Shown: positions 40,850 to 51,954, numbered from the stretch's first letter. The stretch: 64,000 nucleotides of DNA from an uncultured delta proteobacterium (GCA_963778655.1 CAVZVA010000003.1:288001-352000), one strand, 5' to 3'. The notes: generated by a model not told the origin, from the letters alone. Program-made: numbers and translations.

Positions 40850-41584
40850 ATGAGCAAGCGCGAAAATCCGGTGCGGTGGAGCGAAGGCGGCGGGGCGCCG
40901 GAGGGCTTTTCCGCCTTGCTGCGTGGCGACGATGCCGCGCCGCCGGACGCCGCACAGCTCGCGCGCGTGCTCGACCGCGTGGCGCGGCAGGTCGCGCGGC
41001 CCGAGCTGTCGCAGGCGCTGCGCAGCGAGCTGTCCGCGGGCGCAGGCGCGGCCGGCGGCCCGGCGCCGCGTTGTTCCGGCAAGCTCGCGCTCGGCATCGC
41101 GCTGGTCGCGCTCGGGCTCGGCGCGTGGCTGATCGCTTCGCCGCGTGCCCAGCGGGTGGGCTCCGCGCCCGTGCCGCTGCGCGCACCCGCGCCGCGCCCG
41201 ACGCCCCGGCCCGCGAGCTCCGCACCGGCCGCGCATGCCGCGCTGCCCGCAGCGGCGACCGCGCCCGTGGCCGCGCGTGCCGCACGCCGCGCGTCCCGCA
41301 TGCAGGCGGAGCGACCCGACCCCACGGCGGAGCTCGCGCTGCTCGAGCGCGCCCAGCGCGCGCTGCCCGACGCGCCTGCCCAGGCGCTCGCGCTCGCAGA
41401 GCAGCACCGCAAGCGCTTCGCTCGCGGACAGTTCGTGCAGGAACGGGAGATGCTCGCGATCGAGGCCCTGCTGCGGCTGGGGCGCCGCGCGGAGGGGCAG
41501 CGGCGTGGCCACGCGCTTGCCCGCCAGCATCCCCACTCGAGCTATCTGCCTCGCCTGCACGATTTGCTAACGTCATCGCCGTGA
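40850..41584 (+). CDS. Putative anti-sigma factor (TM, Pro-rich linker, TPR-like C-terminus)
   Basis: Directly after ECF gene; ELALLERAQRAL...EREMLAIEAL. Confidence 0.7.
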   Translation: MSKRENPVRWSEGGGAPEGFSALLRGDDAAPPDAAQLARVLDRVARQVARPELSQALRSELSAGAGAAGGPAPRCSGKLALGIALVALGLGAWLIASPRAQRVGSAPVPLRAPAPRPTPRPASSAPAAHAALPAAATAPVAARAARRASRMQAERPDPTAELALLERAQRALPDAPAQALALAEQHRKRFARGQFVQEREMLAIEALLRLGRRAEGQRRGHALARQHPHSSYLPRLHDLLTSSP

Positions 41585-42574
41585 GCAGACCAGATTCGGC
41601 CGCCCCACGCGTGCGCGCGCGCACGCCGAGGCGCCTGCGCCGCCGTCGCGGCGTGCTTCGTGGCCGGGGCCCTGGGCTGCGGCGGGCCGCGCTTGGTCGG
41701 CAGCGAGTGCGCGAGCGCCGCAGATTGCAGCGGCGACGCGGTTCCGCTCGCCGCGCCTCAGGGCTGCGGCGTTCGCTTCACGCTGGCCAGCGCCCAGGCC
41801 GCGCCCGGTGTGGATCTCGATCGCTGCGAGCTGTTCACCCTCGACGGGCTGCGCAGCGTCGGCAGCAGCGATCGCGTCTACATCACGGCTACCCAGGCGT
41901 TGACGGTGCCGACCGGGCACCATCTCGACGTCCGCATCGCGCCCGAGGTCGAGGGCTTTGCGGACGGTCCGGTCGAGTGCACGCGGCTGTGGGCGCGCGC
42001 GGTGGCGTGGGTGCCGCTGATGGCCACGCAGGGCGAGACCAACACCTGGGACTTTGGCGGCGCGCCGCTGGCCACGGCGCGCGGCTACCGCCTGCTGATC
42101 GACGACCACTTCGCCAACTCGGGCGCGGACCCCGTCGAGCTCCACGTGCAGCTCGACCTGACCTGTGCGAGCGCACGGCCGGCGCGCGTGAGCCAAGCCT
42201 TCGAGTTCAGCAACCGCGAGCCCAAGCTGGTCGCCGCCGGCGCGCACGAGCTGATCTCCGGCAGCTGCGTGTTTCAGAAGGAGCTGCTGGTCTCGAGGCT
42301 GTATCGCTGGACCCATCTCATCACCAGCTACTCGGTATGGCGTCTGGATCAGCAGCAAGCGCTGTGGCGCAGCGGGACCGACTACACGCTCGATCCCCAG
42401 CCGCCGCTGGGCTTCGCGGCCGGCGAGGGCCTGCGCTGGGAGTGCGAATACGACAACGCCGGTGACGCCCCCTTCGAGATTGGCGGCAACTCGTCGGACA
42501 CCTGTTCGCTGCTCGGCCTCTACGAGCTCGCCAGTGGAGAGGAGGACAGCGTACCGGAGCGCTGCACGCTCTGA
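41581..42574 (+). CDS. Lipoprotein with PHM/DBH-like copper monooxygenase fold, degenerate
   Basis: ALGC lipobox; GHH, DHFAN, LRWECEYDN pattern; start uncertain (41581-41660). Confidence 0.6.
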
Positions 42575-42577
42575 GAC

Positions 42578-44094
42578 TCAGCGCCTGCGGGCGCGGCGGC
42601 GCCTGGCGAAGGCGGCGAGGGCGAGCGCCAGCGCGCAACCGAAGGCCGGAGCGGCTGGCCCGGCGCGCCGGGAGCCGCCGGGCGCGAGCGCGCTGCACGT
42701 GGCACGCCTTGCGGGCGTGGGCTTGGGAGGTGACTGCAGCGCATTGGGCGCGGCCACAGCCGGTGCGACAGCGGGCCGTGGCGCCGCGCTCGGAGCGCCG
42801 CCGTCCGTGGCGGGTCCGGACGAGGCGGTCGCGGGCTCGACTGCGGCCGCGCCCGGCCCGCAGCTCGGCGTGTCGTAGGCCGTGCACAGCGGTGCCTGCG
42901 CGAAATGACCAAAGCCGCAGTACGCCGTGCAGAGCTGTTGCTCGCACTGCGCGGCGACGTCGGTCCCGTCGCACGCGACGAAGCCCCCCACCTCGTTGAG
43001 CTTGACCAGGGCGCTGAAGCTCCCGTCCTGTTGAGAGACCTTGCCGAACCAGAAGTGCTGGCAGGCGTAGAGCGTGTCGGTTGCCTGCTGGTAGGCCAGG
43101 CACTGCACGGGGTAGTCGGCGTTGGCGAGCTTGACCGGCGGCTGGTCCAGGCCGTGCGCCAGCCACAGGCCCTTGGGTGCGCGAGCGTCGGTCATGTCTC
43201 CAATGTCGCCGATGAACAGCCGCTCGCCGGGCGCGAACGCCACGCCGCCGATGTCGCTCACCTGCAGCAGCTCGCTCCACGTCGCGCCTTCGTCGCTGCT
43301 GACGAGCACGCTGTCGTAGGCCGATTGTGGGTCGTCGCCGCTGGCGCGGTGGATGCTGGCGACGAGGCGATCGGGGTTCTCGGGGTCGACCGCCTGGATG
43401 CGGAAGGTGCCGTCCGCGGGTCCGAGCACGTGCTCGCGCCAGCTCTGCCCGCCGTCGTCGGACACGCGCGTCACGTAGTTGGGGCGAGCAATGCCGCCAT
43501 CGTCGGGCGCGATCTGGCCCTCGACCGCGCTCATGTAGAAGCGCAGGCCGTCGCCGCGTGGCGTCACCAGCAGGCGCGTCGCCAGCAGCTCGGCCTTGGT
43601 CCCTTGATCGGACCACGTTCCGGACGCGTCGCGGCGGATCACGCCGTTGTACCTGTGCTCGCCCGGCGGTGAGCCGGTCGAGGTGACCGCGAAAACGACG
43701 TTGGGATCGCGCGGGTCGGGCGCAACGTCCGCGACCCACTCGCCGTCGTAGGCACTGTCGTGGCTCCAGTTGCAGCCGTGCCCGTCGTCGTGCCAGAGCC
43801 CGGCAAACATCCCCATGGAGATCGTGCCGTCGCCGGCGATCGCGACCGGTCCCGAGCGATTCTGCACGGGATCGACCAGCAGCGCGTCGCAAATCAGCTG
43901 CCAGGTCGCGCCTCGATCATGCGTGCGCAGCAGGCCGTCCCCCCGTAGATGTAACGCACGACGATCACGTCGGGATCGGTCGGGTGAAACGCCACCTGTA
44001 CCAGCTGCTCGACCGGACCTGCGTGTCCTGGCGCAGGCCACAAGACGAGCCACGAGGCCGCGAGCGCCCACGGCGCGAAGTCGCTCCAACGCAT
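42578..44094 (-). CDS. Secreted BNR/Asp-box repeat protein with C-terminal sorting signal (frameshift near 43945)
   Basis: SDDGGQSW, SSDEGATW; C-terminal CS...hydrophobic...RRRR (MYXO-CTERM-like). Confidence 0.75.
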
Positions 44095-44270
44095 GCACCA
44101 CCTCCTGCAGCGGGAGTGCGGCGTAGCCGCGCCATTTTTGAACCAAAGCGCAGATCACCGGTACGCGGGCCACCGCAGCTCGCGAGCGCTGCCAGCGCCC
44201 GCCGGAATCGGCCTTTGGACGGGACGCAGGCACGAGCTGCATCCGCTGCTACGTCTGCTAGCGTTGAGCC

Positions 44271-44801
44271 ATGCGCAGCCGCGACGAGCTGGAACGCCTG
44301 TTGCTCGCGCAGCGCCCTGCGCCGCGCGGGCGCGGCCGCGTGGACCTGCTGGTGGTGCGCAGCGAGCCCGGCCTGCACCTCACGCCCGAGCGGGCCGAGC
44401 TCACCCCGGAGCGGGGCATGGTCGGCGACCGCTGGTCGCAAGCCCTGCCTGCCGTGCGCGAGGTCGGCCGCCAGCTCACGCTGATGATGACGCACGTGGC
44501 GGAGCTGGTGTGCGACGGGCAGCCGCTGGATCTACCGGGTGACAACCTGCTCGTGAGCCTCGACCTGGGCGAGCATGCGCTGCCGGTGGGCACCCGCCTG
44601 CGGGCGGGCACGGCGTTGCTGGAAGTCAGCGACAAGCCACACACCGGCTGCAAGAAGTTCGTGGCCCGCTTCGGCGCGGCCGCGATGGAGTGGGTCAACG
44701 ACGAGCCCGGACGCGCGCGCCGCCTGCGCGGCCTCAACTGCCTGGTGATCGAGCCGGGACAGGTGGCCGTCGGCGATCCGATCGCGGTCGCCTCGCGCTG
44801 A
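44271..44801 (+). CDS. MOSC-domain protein
   Basis: GMVGDRW, PGDNL, PHTGCKKF, LRG...G.VAVGD. Confidence 0.85.
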   Translation: MRSRDELERLLLAQRPAPRGRGRVDLLVVRSEPGLHLTPERAELTPERGMVGDRWSQALPAVREVGRQLTLMMTHVAELVCDGQPLDLPGDNLLVSLDLGEHALPVGTRLRAGTALLEVSDKPHTGCKKFVARFGAAAMEWVNDEPGRARRLRGLNCLVIEPGQVAVGDPIAVASR

Positions 44802-44852
44802 ACGTCGCGCGGGCGCTGGCACGCGCGGCCGGGTTGTGGCTACCTTGCGCGC

Positions 44853-45623
44853 ATGGACGCGCTCTTGACCGCGGGCGATCCCCCGCCCTACCGCATCGAG
44901 AGAGCGGAGGGGCGCTCCGACTTCGTGATCGTGAGCGACCACGCCGGCCGCGTGCTGCCGCGCATGCTGGGCGATCTCGGCATGCGCGCGGACGAGCTGC
45001 TGACGCACGTGGCCTGGGACATCGGCATCGCCGGGGTGGTGCGCGCGCTCTCGCAGCGGCTCGACGCGTTTGCGATTCTGCAGAGCTACTCGCGGCTCGT
45101 GATCGACGCCAACCGGCCGCCCGGCTCGCCGCAGTCGATCCTTACGCTCAGCGAGCGCACGCGCGTGCCCGGCAACGAGGGGCTCACGCCCGCGCAGATC
45201 GAGGCCCGCGCGCGCGAGGTGTTCCACCCTTACCACGACGCCATTCGGCGCGAGCTCGAGCGGCGTGCGCAGGCCGGTGCCCCGGCGGTGCTACTGGCGC
45301 TGCACAGCTTCACCCCGCGCTTCATGGACGCCGAGCGCCCGTGGCAGGCGGGCGTGCTGTACAACCGCGACCCGCGGCTCGGGCGCGCGCTGCTCGGGCT
45401 GCTGCGCGGCGAGGGTCTGGTGGTCGGCGACAACGAGCCCTACGCGCTCGGCGACGCCACCGACTACACCATCGTCACCCACGGCGAACGCCGCGGCTTG
45501 ATCCACGTGGAGCTCGAGATCCGCCAGGACCTGATCGCCGAGGCCGCGTCGCAGCACGGCCTGGGCGGAGCGCCTGGCGCGCTTGTTTCCGCGCGCGTAC
45601 GCGGAGGCGTTGCACCAGCCTGA
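44853..45623 (+). CDS. N-formylglutamate amidohydrolase
   Basis: SDHAG, HVAWDIG, YSRLVIDANR, HSFTP, DNEPY, ELEIRQD. Confidence 0.9.
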   Translation: MDALLTAGDPPPYRIERAEGRSDFVIVSDHAGRVLPRMLGDLGMRADELLTHVAWDIGIAGVVRALSQRLDAFAILQSYSRLVIDANRPPGSPQSILTLSERTRVPGNEGLTPAQIEARAREVFHPYHDAIRRELERRAQAGAPAVLLALHSFTPRFMDAERPWQAGVLYNRDPRLGRALLGLLRGEGLVVGDNEPYALGDATDYTIVTHGERRGLIHVELEIRQDLIAEAASQHGLGGAPGALVSARVRGGVAPA

Positions 45624-45738
45624 GCCCACGGGCTGAACACGGCTTCCAGCGCGCGACTGGTGGCCGCGGCGCGGCGTGGAGGCCGCGGCGGGCTCAGCAC
45701 AGGCTCAGCGCGCCGTCTCGTTCATCCGCGAGCTCTGC

Positions 45739-46512
45739 TCAGCGAAGGCTGAGCTTGACGTCCTTGAGGCCCTGCACGTCCGGGAACGTGAGCTGAATGG
45801 GTTGGCCTGACTTGGCGAAGGGGTATCTGTAGACATAGGCCGGGATTTGCTCCGCAACCTCGATCACGACTTCGTAGTTACCGTCGGCCACCTCCACGCC
45901 GTTGGCATCCTCGACGAGGTTCCACGTCTCGCCCGTGTGGGATCCGGGGGTGCTACGCGTGGCCGAGGTGATCACATCTGGCGGAGCTTGAACGGTGCCG
46001 AGCACGGCGATCGCAGGCTGGCCGGCGTAGGCGTACAGAGGTCCCCCGGCCATCGTATAGTCCTCGAGGGCAACCGATTCCCCAGCCGTGATCCAGAGCT
46101 CCAAGGTGTGAACCCACCTGCCCTGCGCGTCCGCCACCCAGGCCACGCCGCCGTTGCGAGGAGAGTACTTCCCGAGCCGATTCTCGGTGGTGAAGTCGAG
46201 TGTGAGCTGGGTGGCCCGGCCGCCTGCGCCCGGCGCGGCCGAGCCGGCGGTGCCGGGCGGGCCGGCCGGTGTCCCGGCGCCGGCCGCGCCCGGCTGATCG
46301 GCGCCTCCCGGCGTCGCACCGGGCGTCGCGCTCGCCGCAGAAGTGCCGTCCGCCGGGCTCATCGCCATCGTGCCGGCGCCCGCGGCGCTCGTGTCACCTG
46401 CGCCGTCGAGGTGGCTCTTGCTGCAGCCGGCCAGCGCCAGCGCAAGAGCCACGAGAATCAGCCCGCGTGAGGCCCCGCCCGACCAGGCCATCGACTTCCG
46501 CGTTGCTCGCAT
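45739..46512 (-). CDS. DUF2271-like lipoprotein
   Basis: LAGC lipobox; YSPRN..VAWV...DVITSATR...W...VADGNY. Confidence 0.7.
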   Translation of the reverse strand: MRATRKSMAWSGGASRGLILVALALALAGCSKSHLDGAGDTSAAGAGTMAMSPADGTSAASATPGATPGGADQPGAAGAGTPAGPPGTAGSAAPGAGGRATQLTLDFTTENRLGKYSPRNGGVAWVADAQGRWVHTLELWITAGESVALEDYTMAGGPLYAYAGQPAIAVLGTVQAPPDVITSATRSTPGSHTGETWNLVEDANGVEVADGNYEVVIEVAEQIPAYVYRYPFAKSGQPIQLTFPDVQGLKDVKLSLR

Positions 46513-46522
46513 ACCGCCCTGA

Positions 46523-46585
46523 GCGGATAGTCGGAATGAAGAGCCGATTGGAGCGCGGTGCAGTTGCAGGCCAGTTGACATATTG
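46523..46585. repeat. 78-bp repeat copy 3, cut in the spacer by ISL3
   Basis: 50-bp flank plus AGTTGACATAT-TG, then the ISL3 TIR. Confidence 0.88.
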
Positions 46586-48025
46586 GGCTCTCCTAACGCG
46601 TGAGTGGGTGTGAATTCGGCAGGACGCGCACGGGCGCGAGCGGGGTATCGAGAGAAAGGAAGAGATGCGATGAGGCTCTGTGTGCCGAGTGTAAGCCGTA
46701 GGAACGGACGCGTGATGACGCGCACCTTGCCGTTGAGTCCCTTCGGAGCGAGCGTTGGACAGGCCGGTGTTGAGGTGCGCCAGGATGCCGTAGAGGTGCT
46801 TGCGAATCGTGCGTGCAACGCGGACGAAGGGCGCAAGCTTGGAGCGCGCGGCCCAGGAGAGCCAACCATGGAGTTGGTCGCGGGCGACGAAGTACTCGCG
46901 TCGGCCGAGGATCCCGGCGAGCGACTGAGTCAGCAAGTACGCACGGTAGAGCGGACGGTTGGTGTGCTGCACGAGGGCGAGCTTGCGGCGCTCGATGCTC
47001 GACAGCTTCTCGGGGTTCTTCTGGAGCACGAAGCGTGTGCGTCTAAAGGGCTCGACGCAGCTCTGTCGGCGCTCATGGTGCTCGGCGACCAGCGCGCGGC
47101 GTACTTGGTCGAGCGCGTCGTGCGCGAGGCGCTGAACGTGGAATCGATTCGAAGACGATTGAACGGCCTGCGGTGCATGCGCCTTGACCGCTTGGATGTA
47201 CGCCTGCGACATGTCCAGCGTCACGATGCGCAGCTCGGCGCAGCGCTCGGGCCCAAGCTCCGAGAAGAATGCGCCGAGCGCTTGCGCGTTCTTGCCCTCG
47301 CGGGCCCAGACGACCTTGCCGGTCTCGTGGTCGGTCACGATCGTCACGTACTTGTGGTGTTTGCGATAGCTCAGCTCGTCGATGCCGATGACGCGCAACC
47401 CGTCCAACCGCTCGTCTGGTCTAAGCAGCCTACCGACGACGCGCTCGACGATGCTGCCGACGGTGGACCAGGCGATCCGCATCAGTCCGGAAACAGCCGT
47501 CTTGTCCATACGCTGCGCGAGGTAGGCGGCTTGGTCTTCGAAGGGCCGCGTGAACATCGAGCCCGGTTCGGCCCACGGCAAAAGCTCCGTCCGTACACCA
47601 CAGCGCGCGCAATCGCAGGCGCCGCAAGTCGTAGCGCAGATGCACTTGCATGCCGCCGAGGTCCAAGTGCCGCCAGAGCCGAGCGCGCCGGTGGTCGTAC
47701 AGCTTTCGAACGCGGCAGCCGCACCCCGAGCAGCGCGCCAGTCGCGTGGTGGGCGCGACATCGACCACGAGCCCGTCGCCTTCGAATTCGAAGCCTCGCA
47801 CTCGTACGTGCTTCATTCCAAGAACGTTCGACAGTACCTTCGTCAGTTGCATGGCGGGTTCCGCGCCCTCCGTTGGTCTCTCCTCCCGAAGGTACCCCGG
47901 GCCTCGCCATGCGCCTGAAATCCGGCCCCGCCGACGGGCTCGTGCCCCTCGCAGCCCCCTGCTTTTCAAGCCACTTCCCGCGCCCCACTCACGCAACGCG
48001 CGCCCACTCATGCGTCAGGAGAGCC
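46586..48025 (-). mobile_element. ISL3-family IS, copy 2 (diverged, multiply frameshifted transposase 46593-47852)
   Basis: Same TIRs as 30758-32183; IGIDE, TLDMS, RFHVQRL. Confidence 0.9.
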
Positions 48026-48229
48026 AGAAATTTGTTCGCCCCACATCGGGTTGGCCAGTCACGGACCAGCCCATATGGGTCATGGTGAGGACTACGTCAC
48101 CACCCATTCAGGCATGTCTTGCCTGAAGCGGCGGACTGTCGGGACCAGTAGGAGCGGACCAGCAGCAGGAGCCGACCAGGACGGTCCTGCGTAGTTACAT
48201 CAGCAGGAGCGGACCGGGACGGTCCGAAA

Positions 48230-48545
48230 GCGCCGGTGAAAGCCGGCAAGGTGTAGGGGATGCAAGAGCCCTACGAGGAGGAAGCAGCGAACCAACTCGA
48301 CCCCGAGTCATGCCTCGACCTTCCGCAAGGGGGGTGGGGAAGCGTTGACAGGGGAACGTGCAGGCCGGCCATTGAGCCGCGAAAGACAACTTCGGGGTGC
48401 CGACGCAGTAAGGAGATGCGGAAGGCCACACCCGGTGCGTCGATACCGCGAGACGCCCCGGGACCCCGCGCGGTCAGAGACCCCGCGCATGCACGCAAGC
48501 AGCCTGTACGGAACCCGGGAGACGTCGCGGTTGTCTGCGTAGGAG
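48230..48545 (+). ncRNA. Group II intron 5' fragment (domain I-like), no ORF
   Basis: Recognised motifs GCCGGTGAAAGCCGG, CCCCGAGTCATG, GAAGCGTTGACAGGGG, TTGAGCCGCGAAA, GGGTGCCGAC, GCGGAAGGCCACAC. Confidence 0.7.
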
Positions 48546-48770
48546 CAGGGCGCCTAGTCAGCATGAAGAGGGTGTCTTGCCCGCTCGGGAAGTGAACGAA
48601 AAATTCCTTGAACAAAGCCGCTACGCGGCAGGCGTCGAAGCGCCCCAGAGGCCGCAGCCGGACGCAGAACTGGCGGCGCGCGTGCCGGCTCGATCGATCG
48701 AGGGCCCGTCGGCCATCTTGGCCAGAGCAGCATCCGAATCTCCGGATGCTCCCAAGCCAGGAGAAAGTCG

Positions 48771-48886
48771 ATGGGCAAGCACCGAGACAAGATGGAGCAG
48801 GACCTTGTGCTGCGTGGGTTTGCGAGGGCGACGCGCGAAGGCTACTTGCGCTGTGCCCGCGCTTTCGTCGCGCACTTTGGGCGTAG
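48771..48886 (+). pseudogene. Tyrosine recombinase N-terminal SAM-like fragment
   Basis: MGKHRDKMEQDLVLRGFARATREGYLRCARAFVAHFGR with GGAG RBS. Confidence 0.6.
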
Positions 48887-49254
48887 ATAGCTCTCGGTTG
48901 GATGCAAGTTGCCGCTTGACGGATTGCAGCGCAGCGACCAGCGCGCGGCAGCCGTGCTGCTTCCAGGCGGAGAGCGCGAGCGAGTCGAACAAGAGCTGTG
49001 CGACCGTTGCCACTCCGAGCGGCGGACAGGGGACGCGCGCCGGCGCGTCTAGCTCGTCGAAGGCCGGGCCGCTCTCGTCGGGCGCTTCGGGCAGCGTGAC
49101 GAGCGGTGCGCCCGCGTATCTGCGGAACGGATTCGGCTGGTTCGCCCAGTCGAGATGGCCGAGCGAGCGCGCATAGCGGCTCGGGTGGCGCTTGGTGCGC
49201 GCGTGGTACGAAACCACGCGGCGCGCCGGGTCGGGGATCGGTTAGCTCGGGCAT
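48887..49254 (-). pseudogene. SagB/ThcOx-family nitroreductase N-terminal fragment
   Basis: YHARTK...LDWANQPNPFRRY...SLALSAWK, then WSLRCNPSSGNLHPTE in the shifted frame. Confidence 0.75.
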
Positions 49255-49440
49255 GGCGGTCACGATTTTGCCCGTGGGGGCGGTCGATGCCCAATCAACC
49301 GTGCCCGATGGTTGGACGTCGGGCAAGCGCGGTCCCGGGGCCGCGCGATGCGCGATTGGAAGGTCGGGGCACCGGACGTATTGCTTCCAGCGCTGACGCG
49401 CCGGCGGACGTGAGTACGTACCTAAACACGCCTCCCTCTG

Positions 49441-51141
49441 TGCCAACGTGGCGTGAGACAGCTCCCTCTGGATATCTCTGTACTGCTGGGCGGAGAATGG
49501 TACCCCGAACGTGCCCAAGCCATCCCCAGATTCTGGTCTCTCCGAAGTTGATAAACAGGCGCAGCGAAAGGCTGGTGAGAACGGTGCGTGGCTGGAGAGC
49601 GTCCCGCGGAGGAAGCGCCGGCGGTACGCAATTCCTCGGAGAAGCTGCGTCTGCTGAAGGCTGCCGAGGCCGCGGTCGCGAGCGGCAAGCGCGGCGACCT
49701 GGAAGCTCTGCTTCGCCGGGAGGGCATCTACAGCTCCCTCCTGTCGTCGTGGCGCACGCAGCTTGGCGCGCACGGTGCGGCGGGCCTCGCGGCGAAGAAG
49801 CCCGGTCGCAAGCCGCGGCTCACCGTGGCCGAGAAGCGCAACGTGGAGCTCACGAAGCGCAACGCGGAGCTCGAGCGAAAGCTCCATATCGCCAACGTGC
49901 TCATCGCCCTCCAAAAAAAAGCGCACGAGGTCCTGGGGATTGCGCTCCCCGAGAGCGACGGAGATTCCTGATGGACCTCGTGGAAGATCTCGCCGAGCCC
50001 GGAGTCTCGGTGGTCGCCGCGTGCACCGCGCTCGGTGTGAGTCGGGCGACTCTCTACCGGGCGACCACGCCCCCCACGGTTCCGGCGGTGCGGGAGCGTG
50101 CGCCCAGCCCTCGACGTCTTGAGCGACGACGAGCGGCAGGCCATCGTCGATGTCATGCACACGCCGGAATTCGTGGACCAGCCGCCGATGGAGGTGTTCG
50201 CGACGCTGCTCAGCCGTGGCGTGTACCTCGCGTCGATCCGCACCCTCTACCGAGTACTGGCCGAGCTCGGGGAGTCGAAGGAGCGGAGAAACCAGCGGCT
50301 TCCGCATCCGTACGTGAAGCCCTCGCTCACGGCGACGGGGCCCAACCACGTGTGGACGTGGGACATCACCAAGCTCGCCACGATGGAGCGCGGCGTCTTC
50401 CTGCATGCGTACGTGATCATCGACCTGTTCAGTCGCTACGTCGTCGGCTGGATGGTGGCCGCGAAGGAATGCAAGCACCTCGCCGCACAGCTGTTCGCCG
50501 AGGCCGTCGCACGGCACGGCGTCGAGCCGGGGCTCACCGTGCACTCCGACCGCGGCGCCGCGATGAAGAGCGACACGCTCGCCCAGCTTCTCGCAACACT
50601 CGGCGCCAGCCAGAGTTTCAGCCGCCCGCACGTCTCCGACGACAACGCCTTCAGCGAGGCGCAGTTCAAGACTCTCAAGTACCAGCCAGACTACCCCGGC
50701 CTGTTCACGGGCGTGCTGCATGCCCGCGGCTGGCTCGAACCGTTCTTCGCGTGGCACAACGACGACCATCACCACTCCGGGCTCGCGCTCTTCACGCCGG
50801 CAGAGGTGTTCTTCGGGCGCGTCGCCGCCGTGCACCGCGTGCGTCAGGACACGCTCGACGCCCAGTACGCGCTGCACCCGGGCGCTTTCCGAACGGCCCG
50901 CCCAAGGCCGCGCTGCCGCCTACAGAGGTGCATATCAACCCGCTGGTCGCCGACGCCATCAGCGTCCTGTCAGAAGCCGCGATCAACGCGCCCTCGATGA
51001 CCGCCAAGCACGACGCCGTGCGTGATGCCAGCCCGCCTAGCGCTGCGCGCGCCAAGCGCGTCGTCCCGCTAGGCAGCTCGCCACTCATGGCGCCGATCGC
51101 TACATAGAATTCTCATGACCACTGTCTCAAACGCGTTGACA
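49441..51141 (+). mobile_element. IS3-family element (orfA about 49497-49971, orfB about 49971-51107, frameshifted)
   Basis: TIRs TGCCAACG...TGAGACAG / CTGTCTCA...CGTTGACA; LRREGIYSS; A8 run 49913-49920; WTWDITKL, HSDRG, DNAFSE. Confidence 0.9.
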
Positions 51142-51423
51142 TGTTCCGCCTTGCCAACCGTCAGGAGGCCATTCATGGCTACGCTCGCGCCAATGTCGCC
51201 ACCGGCGAAGTTGGGGCCCGCTATCACCGAGATCACCGAGCACCACGGGCCCGTCGGTGGACGATCGCGCAGACCCATCCACGCCGGCCCAGAGTACCGA
51301 CTGGTGCCCGGGCTGCACTCCCGCCGGTGTTAGGACGAGGCCGCAGGGATCTCTCTCCTCTAGTTCTTCTTCGGCCGGCATCGAGCCGTCCGCGACCGAT
51401 CGCAACGGTAATCAAGCGCGCTC

Positions 51424-51954
51424 TTACGTCGCGCGCCAGCGCGGCGAACTCACCGACGCGAGCAACAGTCGACCGAGCGTGAGACCGAGGGTGGCCGCGC
51501 CCCCGCTCGCGGCAAGCACGCCTCGCATGTGCTTACGGAGACGGACAGCAGTAGGGATGGCTAAGGAGCTGACCGGGAGTTCCCAGGTGGATGCAATTCG
51601 GGTCTGCTGGCTGTGCGGTCCCCGTACACACGAGTCCGTACTGCGTTGCTGCACACGCATTCGCGCAGATTGCACCGCCGTCGGATGGCACTGTCCGCTT
51701 TGGATCGTTTCCGGGCGGCAGCCAATGCCAGAATCCACGTCGAAGGTATCCGTACTTGCGGACGTTTCTCGTGAAGATCCGTCAACGACTCCGCCATCCG
51801 TTGACCCCTGCGCCTGCCTAGAAGCTCCATCAAGCGTTCCGCCATCGACAGACCCCTGCGCCTGACTTGCTGGGCGCGCATGGCTTGCGGGCGTCGCGGA
51901 CGACGAGCATTGGACCAACACGAATGCGACGCAGAGGATCAGTACGATCCGCAT
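51424..51954 (-). CDS. Hypothetical lipoprotein, probably frameshifted
   Basis: MRIVLILCVAFVLVQC leader with GGAGG RBS; short internal repeat. Confidence 0.45.
   Translation of the reverse strand: MRIVLILCVAFVLVQCSSSATPASHARPASQAQGSVDGGTLDGASRQAQGSTDGGVVDGSSRETSASTDTFDVDSGIGCRPETIQSGQCHPTAVQSARMRVQQRSTDSCVRGPHSQQTRIASTWELPVSSLAIPTAVRLRKHMRGVLAASGGAATLGLTLGRLLLASVSSPRWRAT

Noticed and set aside
48271..50877. 868-aa minus-strand ORF and similar long antisense ORFs (e.g. 56515..58512, 12083..13627)
   Set aside because: Shadow frames of real genes in high-GC DNA; no recognisable motifs.
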